From contig JBHGNT010000006.1 in NCBI GenBank assembly GCA_043228905.1, positions 14,322,001 through 14,386,000 on the forward strand: a stretch of DNA of 64,000 nucleotides, in the 5' to 3' direction. Shown piece after piece: positions 13,154 to 22,008 of this stretch; position 1 is the stretch's first letter, and every line of letters begins with the position of its first letter. The translations under genes and the position numbers were made by a program. Origin of the DNA: Azolla caroliniana (taxonomy: Eukaryota > Plantae > Polypodiophyta). The notes beneath the pieces were generated by a model. It was not told the origin of the DNA and did no database searches. It saw only the letters and a list, made by a program, of their open reading frames with translations.

Positions 13154-13448
13154 TGATAAGAAAGATATTTATTATATGAAGAGAATATACAACGGTGGCT
13201 AAAAGGCTTAAGACTGGCGTTGAACCAATTTGGTTCAACATAATGCCTAATGCCCTCTTTTATAGTGTTTTCAGGAGTAATCCTAAAGCTTCTAGAATGT
13301 TCCAGAGAAATCTGGAATATACACTAATTTCCTATAATAAAATGTAAATGAAAATAATATCCTACGTATTACAATAGATGGTCTAATGGTCAAGAGCTCG
13401 ACCCATATAACCTAAGGTCATGGGTTCGAGTCTTGCCATATCATGACA
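13009..13448 (-). repeat. 3' LTR of gypsy C (440 bp)
   Basis: Differs from 18249-18680 by about 3 substitutions and (GA)n length. Confidence 0.96.
13372..13440 (+). promoter_or_regulatory. tRNA-like Pol III A-box/B-box cassette in U3 of gypsy C (second copy about 18604-18672)
   Basis: TGGTCTAATGG (13379-13389), 33 nt, then GGTTCGAGTC (13423-13432). Confidence 0.65.
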
Positions 13449-16400
13449 CTATCCCCCCTTTAAAACGACGAGTGTCACGAGTTGTCTTGGATTGAGGACC
13501 CGGTTTGTGTGGATATTGACGATGGAAGTCTTCAAGAAGAGCACGAGCATTGGTTACATTCTCGATCGGTTCCCAAGTACGTTTGCTGGGACTATAGCCT
13601 AGCCAATCGACTAGATAGTAGAGCTTGTTGCGAACAATCTTGGAATCAAGAATGGCGGCAACCTCGTACTCCGGCCCATCTTCAAGCTCGATCGGGGGTG
13701 GAGGTTGGATAAGACGTTCTGGGATGGTGCTCTCGTGGTAGGGTTCGAAGAGAGAACTATGAAACACCGGATGTATCCGAAGTTGAGGAGGTAGATCGAG
13801 ACGAAAAGCAACATCATTAATCTTTCCAATAATACGGAAAGGACCTAATCGCCGATAATCCAACTTCTCACATGGGCGAGTAGTCTTGATGTGTCGTCGT
13901 AGCAACCACACCCGATCTCCAATATTAAAACTAGATGGAAGTCGATGACGATCCGCGTAGACCTTGTGTGTTTGTTGAGCTTGCTGGAGATGAGTAAATA
14001 AATCCGCTTGTATCTTGCGTAACCGCTCCAAACGATCCTCCGCGCACGGATTTGTGGACACCTCTGGGGTTTCAAGTACACTCCACCGGGGGTGACATCC
14101 CGTATAAGCATAAAATGGCGTAACTTTAGTGGATGCGTGGATAGAGTTGTTATAGGCAAATTCGGCGAAGTGGAGAATATCTGCCCAGTCGTCCTGATGA
14201 TAGCTGAGAAAGCACCGCAGATACTGCTCCAACGTTTGATTTGTTCGTTCAGCTTGGCCGTCAGTTTGTGGGTGGTAGTCGGAAGAGAGGTTACAAGTGA
14301 CCTTGAGCATGTTAAAAAGGTGCTTCCAAAATTTTGACACGAACTGGGGTCCACGGTCGCTGATGATACTATCGGGGAGTCCATGATGCCGACATACTTC
14401 ACGCATGACAATTTTGGCAGTGTCTTCACTGGAGATCTCCTTAGTACATGGCAAGAAATGAGCCATCTTCGTATATCGATCGACCACCGTTAGAATCGCA
14501 TTGAACCCCTTAGAGGTTGGAAGATCTGTGATGAAGTCTAGAGCAATGGATTGCCACGGCTTGCTTGGAATTGATAATGGTTCTAATAAACCATATGGAT
14601 GATGCCTTGGCATTTTCGCTCTGCAACATGTATCACAAGTCCGAACAAAATCCTCGACAAATTGTCGCATACAGGGCCACCAGAATGATCGTTGTACTAA
14701 ATATAATGTTTTAGTACTACCAAAATGCCCAGCTGTATATGTGTCATGACAGTTTTGTACTACTCGAAGGCGGCAAGAACCATTAGGAACATCCAAAAGT
14801 TCTTTAAAGAAGAGTAATCCATCATGGTATTTGAATTGCCGATAGTCCGTACCTGGTGGTTGCGACTGTGAACACGACGCTCGAGAGGGATCAATTTGTG
14901 CTAGTATAGCTTGGGCGAACGCATCTGTCTTCAAGTCTTCACGTATGGTATCGATAACGCGAGAATCCATAGGCATGTCAAAGATTTGTGTTGCTTGTAA
15001 TCGTGCCGGTCCCAAGATGACTTGTTTTTGGTTATCGAAAGCTGGCTCGCCGGGACGGGGTGCTAGATACGAACGCCGTGATAATGCATCTGCCTTCCCT
15101 TGGTGCCTCCCCGGACGATATGTAATTTTGAAGTCGAAACGTGTGAGGAAGTGGGCCCACCGAGCTTGACGTCGATTCAACACACGAGCATCCTGAAAGT
15201 AGGCAAGATTCTTGTGGTCACTAAATACGGTGATTGGATGAGAGGATCCCTCCAGAAAATGCCTCCATTGCATAAAAGAATCCACTATTGCCAATAGCTC
15301 CTTATCATGGATTTCGTAGTTGATTTCGGCGGCATCAAACTTGCGTGAGTGAAAAGCCACAGGATGTAGCTTTTCATCATTCCTTGTTGTGACAGAATGC
15401 TCCCCAATGCAAAATCTGATGCGTCAGCTTCGATAATGAATGGTCCCTCCGGATCGACATGAGCTAGAATTGGAGCCGATGTAAATGCTTTTTTAAGACT
15501 CTCGAAAGCCATGTCCGTTTCTTCAGACCAGATGAACGGTTGTCCCTTCCTGGTAAGTTGTGTGAGAGGTAGAACGATCTTTGAGTAATCCTGTATGAAC
15601 TTCCGGTAAAAATTGGCAAAGCCTAAGAAGCATTGCACATCCCGTACCGAACGCGGAGTCTGCCATTCTACCACCGTTCTGACCTTAGCTGGGTCCATGG
15701 AGATGCCGTCTGACGAAATGATGTAGCCGAGAAATTCCACTTGGTTGCACCCGAAACTACATTTTTCTAGCTTTGCATACAGACCATGTTCTCGAAGTCG
15801 TTTTAGTACTAATAGTACATGAGAATCATGTTCTTCTTGGGTCTTTGAATAAACCAGTAGATCATCCAAATAGATGATCAAACAATCATCCAATAGATCT
15901 CGGAATATATCATTAGCCATGTGCTGGAAGACTGCCGGCGCATTAGTGAGGCCGAACGGCATGACAGTATACTCGAAGTGCCCATATCTGGTGCGAAACG
16001 CGGTCTTCCATTCGTCTCCTGGTCGGATCCGTACGAGGTTATATGCTCCCCGTAAGTCGATCTTCGTGAAGAACTTGGCACCATTGATCCGTTCTAAAAG
16101 ACTTGAGATAAGGGGAAGAGCATACCTATTCCTGATTGTAACCTTATTCAAGCCACGGTAATCTACAACGAGACGAAGCGATCCATCTTTTTTCTTGACG
16201 AAGAAAATGGGCGCACCGGCTGGAGATTTCGAATGCCGAATGAAACCATTTTCCAAATTCTCCTCTATATAGGCCCGAAGGACTTCCAGCTCGGTTGGTG
16301 ACAAATTGTAGATCGGTCCCCATGGCGGCTCTTTTCCCGGTTGTAAATCGATGGGGCAATCGTACGGTCGATGATGAGGAAGAGTGTTGGCTTGTACTTT

Positions 16401-17030
16401 ATCGAACACATCGGTGTAATGGCGATACTTCTCGGGAAGTTGAACGGTGGATTCTTCTTTAGTGGTGTTGGAGGGGTTTACTGATATTGCAAAGAGGAAC
16501 ATTTCCTCCTTGTGCCCTTCTTTACGCAACTGACGTAGCGAAATGGTTGCCATCTTCTGAGTTGACCCTTGGGTTTGTCGACACCGGATTTCTCTTGTTC
16601 TCCAATCTATGTCAGGGTTATGTAACTCGAACCACGGTAGTCCTAAAACTATAGGATGTTCTGGGATACTAATAATATTAAATGATACTACACATACTAA
16701 GTTATCTAGGACAATATTAATGGGCTCTGACTCTTCTAGGATATTTCCGGAAGCAATGGGACGTCCATCAATGACTACTACAGAGGCTGGACACTGGAGT
16801 TTTCTTAGGGATATCTTATGAGCTTGAGCAAATTTCTTATCCATAAAGCAAGAGTTAGCTCCGGAATCTAGGAGTGCTAGGACATGTACTGGAGGGGTAC
16901 TTTTAGTACTAACTATTACTTGGGCTACGAACACATCACTAACTTGCTTAGAGGGAATGGAACCACTAATGGGCTGCACAGATCTAGGGCTGTCCAACCA
17001 AACGACTCCTATTTTGGCTGGACTTAGTCG
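13441..17030 (-). CDS. pol: Gypsy C pol (PR-RT-RH-IN-chromodomain) with one apparent 1-bp deletion frameshift near 15380
   Basis: LLDSGA, YLDD, EADASD, HHCC/DDE, GPF and chromodomain YEVAAILDS..YYLVDWLGY..TWEP. ORFs 15285-16997 and 13441-15360 join if one A is restored (QQGNDEKLHPVAF). Confidence 0.92.
13449..13460 (-). promoter_or_regulatory. Polypurine tract of gypsy C
   Basis: AAGGGGGGATAG abutting the 3' LTR. Confidence 0.9.
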
Positions 17031-17036
17031 TTTAAC
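16985..17036 (-). promoter_or_regulatory. Putative programmed -1 ribosomal frameshift signal between gag and pol
   Basis: G_TTA_AAC, 6-nt spacer, 11-bp stem GTCCAGCCAAA/TTTGGTTGGAC; pol is open in the -1 frame. Confidence 0.75.
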
Positions 17037-18175
17037 TCTTCTTCTAACTGACTAAGGACATCAAATTTGTTTGCTAGATCTGGGATATTAGTACTATTAG
17101 GACTATCAGATATCCCTACGGAAATAGGCTCGGATTTAGTACAATTAGAACTAGCGACTATTTGGTTTACCTGTCTTCTTGGCCTATGGGGGCAATTTAT
17201 TGCGATATGTCCTGGTCCACCGCAGTAAAGGCATAGTCGATTTGTACGGCGTCGCTGCTTTTCTTCTTCGGATAATGGCCCTCGACGACGTGTAGTGTCA
17301 ATCTCCATCGGAGTCGGAGTATTCGCTGGAGACGCATTATATGACTCCCTCGGAAAAGGTCTTGCTACCACTGAGGCGTAGGTGGGCTCTGATCTTGCCC
17401 TCGGCATCTGTAGCTGTCGTTCCGAACGTCGCTCAAAGAGGCGGTTGTCACATCTCACCGCGCGACTGATTGCTTCTGTTAAGGACTTTGGCTCTTCGGG
17501 GAAGGTCAAGAGTAAATCCTTGACGTCGTTGCGTAAACCATAACGGAATTGCTCCATCAACGCTTGATCATCCCAAGGGATATCGGCGGCGAGTAGGCGA
17601 AAATCTGCGGCGTATGCGGAGGCTGGACGGTCACCTTGGCGTAATCGCCGGATTTTGTTGATTGCGGTCCTGATGCTGTCAGTATCTCCGAAACATGCTT
17701 TAAACTCACCTAGAAACTCTTCAAAATTGTTGAGTAACGGAGAGTCCTTTTCTAATAGTGGAGTGAACCATGACAACGCTGAGCCACTTAACAAAGTGCC
17801 TACTAAACCCACTCGTGATGCATCGGTGGGATATCGGGAAGGATGCATTTGAATAACTAATCGTACCTGGTTAAGGAACCCTCTAAACTGCGATCGCGTT
17901 CCATCGAACTTCGTGGGAAGGCCAATCTTAGGTTCTTTATGAATCCCTTGTGTTCCGGGCCCATGTTGTTGCATCGCTACGATGGTGGCTTCGAGTTGTT
18001 GCACGCGTAATGCAAGTTCCCCATGTTGTTGTTGCGTTTGCTGCTTTTCTAAGGAGATTTGCTGAAGATCCCCCAGCAACCGTTGGTTTTCTTGTTCCAA
18101 AGCATGGAACTTCTCCTTCAAGCATTGGAATTCCGAGAAAACAGATTGATATTCTTCAGCGCTAACAGTGGCCAT
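17024..18175 (-). CDS. gag: Gypsy C gag (383 aa; coiled coil, capsid, CCHC)
   Basis: PTKFDG, LRQG..ASAYAADF, PTPMEID and CLYCGGPGHIAINCP, the sushi/PEG10-type gag motifs. Confidence 0.95.
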   Translation of the reverse strand: MATVSAEEYQSVFSEFQCLKEKFHALEQENQRLLGDLQQISLEKQQTQQQHGELALRVQQLEATIVAMQQHGPGTQGIHKEPKIGLPTKFDGTRSQFRGFLNQVRLVIQMHPSRYPTDASRVGLVGTLLSGSALSWFTPLLEKDSPLLNNFEEFLGEFKACFGDTDSIRTAINKIRRLRQGDRPASAYAADFRLLAADIPWDDQALMEQFRYGLRNDVKDLLLTFPEEPKSLTEAISRAVRCDNRLFERRSERQLQMPRARSEPTYASVVARPFPRESYNASPANTPTPMEIDTTRRRGPLSEEEKQRRRTNRLCLYCGGPGHIAINCPHRPRRQVNQIVASSNCTKSEPISVGISDSPNSTNIPDLANKFDVLSQLEEELND

Positions 18176-18234
18176 GGGATGAAAGAAAAGAGGAATAAAA
18201 GATTAGTAGAAAATGAGAGAGACAGAAGGTAGGA

Positions 18235-18246
18235 AAATTGGTTCAA
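18235..18246 (-). promoter_or_regulatory. Non-tRNA PBS (self-priming site) of gypsy C
   Basis: TTGAACCAATTT 2 nt after the 5' LTR; no TGG start; complementary to LTR 18452-18463. Confidence 0.8.
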
Positions 18247-18248
18247 AC

Positions 18249-18680
18249 TGTCATGAACAGTACTGAGACAGAGAAGGAATTAGTACTAAACGAAGGATTA
18301 GTACTATGAGAGGTGTGGAACTTCTTCGAGAGAAGGAAGAAGTGAGTGAGACAGAGAGAAAGAGAGAGAGAGAGAGAGAGAGTGATGATAAGAAAGATAT
18401 TTATTATATGAAGAGAATATACAACGGTGGCTAAAAGGCTTAAGATTGGCGTTGAACCAATTTGGTTCAACATAATGCCTAATGCCCTCTTTTATAGTGT
18501 TTTCAGGAGTAATCCTGAAGCTTCTAGAATGTTCCAGAGAAATCTGGAATATACACTAATTTCCTATAATAAAATGTAAATGAAAATAATATCCTACGTA
18601 TTACAATAGATGGTCTAATGGTCAAGAGCTCGACCCATATAACCTAAGGTCATGGGTTCGAGTCTTGCCATATCATGACA
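18249..18680 (-). repeat. 5' LTR of gypsy C (432 bp)
   Basis: Terminal inverted repeats; TATAAAA at 18496-18490 on the minus strand. Confidence 0.96.
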
Positions 18681-18685
18681 ACATG

Positions 18686-19009
18686 GCGGCTGTTGAAGCC
18701 GGAAAGGAAATAATATGGATGAAGGACTTCATTAGAGAGCTCGGTATCCGGCAGGAGGAGTACCGACTCTACTGCGACAGTCAGAGTGCAATCCACCTTG
18801 CGAAGAACGCGGCCTATCACTCCCGGACGAAGCACATCCAGCGAAGATATCACTGGATCCGGGAAAGGATAGAAGACAAGGAGTTCGTGCTGACGAAGGT
18901 CCACACGGACGAGAACGGGTCGGATATGCTGACCAAGGTGCTCACACCCGACAAGCTGGAAGCATGCCGGAAGAGGATCGGATTGGAGAGACATCCCATG
19001 CCGAAGTGA
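18686..19009 (+). pseudogene. Copia B RNase H C-terminal part
   Basis: AAVEAGKE..YCDSQSAIHLAKN..HSRTKHI..SDMLTK; PPT GAAGGGGGAG at its end. Confidence 0.95.
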
Positions 19010-19019
19010 AGGGGGAGTT

Positions 19020-19619
19020 TGTTGGGATTACGGTCCCTTCGGATGGGATGGTCGGATGTCGGAGATGAATGCCGACAAGCCCGGTTGCGGTTTCGGAACC
19101 GGATGATGAAGACCCCGGCTTCGGAGCCGGATGACGAATGTACCCGGAGAGAGATCCGGATGCGGGGACATATTTGTGAATATGTTTGCCAAGGGCCCTT
19201 GAGGCTATAGTTGTAAATAGCCCCAAAGTCATATGTGTATAAATATGACTTAGGGCAAACAGTTTTAATGTTGCTTCTCATTTTTCTGTTTTTCCACTCA
19301 AGAGGAGTGAAGAGAGAGCAGCCGTGAGAGAGATAGAGCGTGAGAGAGGAAGAGGTCGACGCCTCAGTGTAATACCGCCGCCTGTGGCGAGGATAGCGAG
19401 CTCAAGGTCGTCGCCTTGCAGCTCGCCATTGTACATTTCTCTGTGCATAGTTTTGGTTTGGAGTCTTGCACTCCCGTGGTTTTTCCCGTATAGGGTTTTC
19501 CACGTTAATCCCTGTGTTATCGTGTCTTTCTCTGTGTTTCCTATTTTCTGCTGCATTGATTCGCGATTTCTCGGTTGTGGCCGAGTGGTGAAGGTGAATC
19601 GGAGCGTCGATTCCCAACA
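19020..19619 (+). repeat. 3' LTR of copia B (600 bp)
   Basis: Differs from the 5' LTR by about 7 substitutions and a 16-bp duplication. Confidence 0.96.
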
Positions 19620-19624
19620 GATCG

Positions 19625-20015
19625 ACACCGGCGTGGCAATGAAAAGGAGTTCGAAGTCGGGAAACCGGTGCTACTATTCCAGACACGGATGGGGAACATG
19701 CCGGGAAAGTTGCGGTTTCGATGGACCGGACCGTTTTGGATCACCAAGGAGTACAATGGGTCGTATCAGCTCAGCACGTTGTCGGGAGATGTCATCGGCA
19801 AGTGGGCAAATGGATTTCGGCTAAAGCCGTATAAGGGAAATATGCCAGCCAACCCGTTCAAGCAAAACCCGGAAATCCGGCAAGATGAGGAACCGACACC
19901 GACAGACGCTGCTGAAGATATTCGGACCGAGGAAGAACCGACACCGATACTGACAAAGACTATCCCGGAAAACCGACAGAAGGACCCGAACAAATCGGGG
20001 GGGACCAGCAAATGA
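19625..20015 (+). pseudogene. pol: Gypsy A integrase C-terminus
   Basis: FEVGKPVLLF..PGKLRFRWTGPFWI..NGFRLKPY. Confidence 0.9.
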
Positions 20016-20027
20016 CGTGGTCCAAAC

Positions 20028-20092
20028 AAAGAGAAAAAAAAAAAAGGAAGAAAAAAAAAAAAGAAAAAAAAAGAAAAAAGAAAAGAAGAAGA
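20028..20092 (+). repeat. A/G-rich purine tract between pol and the extra ORF
   Basis: About 65 bp made only of A and G. Confidence 0.8.
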
Positions 20093-20466
20093 CATGGGCC
20101 AAAATCGACACGAATCATAGTAATGATGGGGAGATCACAAGAGGTGGGAGCGCCACCATGCAACGAAGAGGCGCCATGCATTAAAGAAGGACGTGCGCGT
20201 ACTTGCTATTTAAAGCATGGAACGTGGGCACTCACACGCGGCAAACAAGAAAGGACATACTAATTATGGCGGGAGAGGAACATACGCGGGAAACGAAAAA
20301 GGGCGGCTCGAGGCACAACCCACTATATAAGACACAGGCCTGCGAAGGGCTCACTTTTTACGAATTTTCCTACATACAGGCGCAGAAGCACAGAAGAGCG
20401 ACCCGACGCACAGAGAACACACAACGCGATCCTGAACAACAGGCGGCAGAAGAAGAATTCGAAACA

Positions 20467-22008
20467 ATGGTACTGTCGGAAGAGGCACGCCAATGGATGA
20501 GGGAGAACGGGTTAAAAGGATTGCTGCGGATCGCCGACGCTCCACCACACGCAGAACCAGAGCAGGCGGCAGCATCGATCGATATATCAGAAGTCACGGA
20601 AGGAGCGGTGCAGGCGCTCATGGGGATAAAAGCAGGAGGACTTCAAACAATCGAAAACCCTTCCAGTGAAATCCTGTTCGAATATTTCGGGGAATACTCT
20701 ATCAGCAGCAAGGCGTACCGAACGCAGGGCGGAGAGAACCTGCTGTTCGGAGAAGTGGCCCACGCTATGATGGAATACGGATTCGTGAATCCCCGTCCCC
20801 CAGCCATAGCCAAGTATCGGGCAGCGTTCTTAATAGCAGCGTACGAAGGCTTACAAATAGACTGGCTCCATTTCATAACCGAAGGATTGAAGGAGGCCAT
20901 CAAAAATCTTGTGGAAGGAAAAAAGCCATGGGCCGGGATAGCACAATGGCTAACGGTGTTAGTCCCACCGGTGCTCCCCATCACACAAAAGAAAAGAGGT
21001 CGGCAGGAGACGACACCGAAAAAGGTCACAAAGCGCCGACAGATCTTGGAGAAACACACCCCCGGATGGACCCAGCAAGAAGCAGAACAGCAAGGGGAAG
21101 GATCATCCCGACAGCAACAGGAACCGGCAACAAAGGCAAAACCGGCAGGTAAAGGCGAAGGGAAATCGGCCGAGGAGGAACCGGTAGCGCGCAAACCAAT
21201 CCATATAACGTTGCGACGGCCGGAATCGGAACCAGAAGTCTTTATACAAAAGGTCCGTCTGGTAACCGCACCGGAGGAGGAAGCTGAAACAGAAGACTCA
21301 TCTGAACCACTGGTAAGACTCCCAGCAAGACAAGGTCGGGAGAAACAAGCGAAAGGACCGGCTCCACCAGTGGACAGAACTCAGCAGAGGGCGCAAGGAC
21401 CATCTCCAGTAGCCGAGGCGGAAACAGCACCGGAACCCGTACCCAGGGAAGCAGCACCGACACCGGTTGGGCCGGACTTCAGAAAACCGGTCATCCTAGA
21501 GAAGAAGAAGGAACAAGCGCCGGAGCCGGAGCCAGAGAAGAGGCCGGAGAATCAGCCTGAGTTAAGTGAGCAAGGCCACCCCGACACCGGAAGAACAAAG
21601 CCACAATGGCTGAGATGGCTTTCGGAGCAGTTATCGGGAGTAGCGGACCAGTTAGAAAAAGAAGAAACGTGTAGGCAACAGCTGACGCATACAACAACTC
21701 CGGAGTTGGTCGCGCCCCGAACACAGATCGAGGAAATGCAAGGGGAGCTGTTGCAGGCAAGGGAAGGAATTCAACCAGCACAAGTTGTCACCGAGCCGGT
21801 CGGGACAACAAGGAACCAACCAGAACCGGAACCGGAACCGGTAGCCTTGCAAACCGGCCCTGAGACCGAAAAAATAATAGAAACCTTACGAGAGGAGTTA
21901 AAAGCTCAGGAGGCATTAAGGGAAAGAGAAAGGGAGCAGCGGAAAGCGGTGGAGGACGACAGACGAAAAATGGAAGAAGGCCTCCGGAAAGGTCGAGCCG
22001 CTTATGAC
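20467..22008 (+). CDS. Gypsy A extra 3' ORF of unknown function, 3'-truncated
   Basis: Part of open frame 20203-22065. The start at MVLSEEARQW is supported by the homolog at 33989. Conserved N-terminal domain, P/E-rich linker, coiled coil. Confidence 0.75.

Larger units (their letters stand above)
13009..18680 (-). mobile_element. Full-length Ty3/gypsy chromovirus C (Tf1/sushi- or Tcn1-like), TSD ACATG
   Basis: LTRs with TGTCATGA...TCATGACA termini; ACATG at 13004-13008 and 18681-18685; gag, pol and chromodomain. Confidence 0.97.
8612..19619 (+). mobile_element. Full-length Ty1/copia copy B (Tork/Tto1-like), TSD GATCG, interrupted by gypsy C
   Basis: Two LTRs, PBS, PPT; GATCG at 8607-8611 and 19620-19624. 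Removing it restores gypsy integrase KAFVDRHRRGNEK. Confidence 0.97.
3306..22008 (+). mobile_element. Ty3/gypsy element A (non-chromovirus, Athila-like) in pieces 3306-8611 and 19625-22008; no LTR of its own in the window
   Basis: gag, PR, RT, RH, IN order; GKLRFRWTGPF integrase C-terminus; no chromodomain; extra 3' ORF. Confidence 0.88.

Noticed and set aside
13372-13440. Functional tRNA gene
   Set aside because: Acceptor and anticodon stems do not pair; only the promoter boxes are recognisable.
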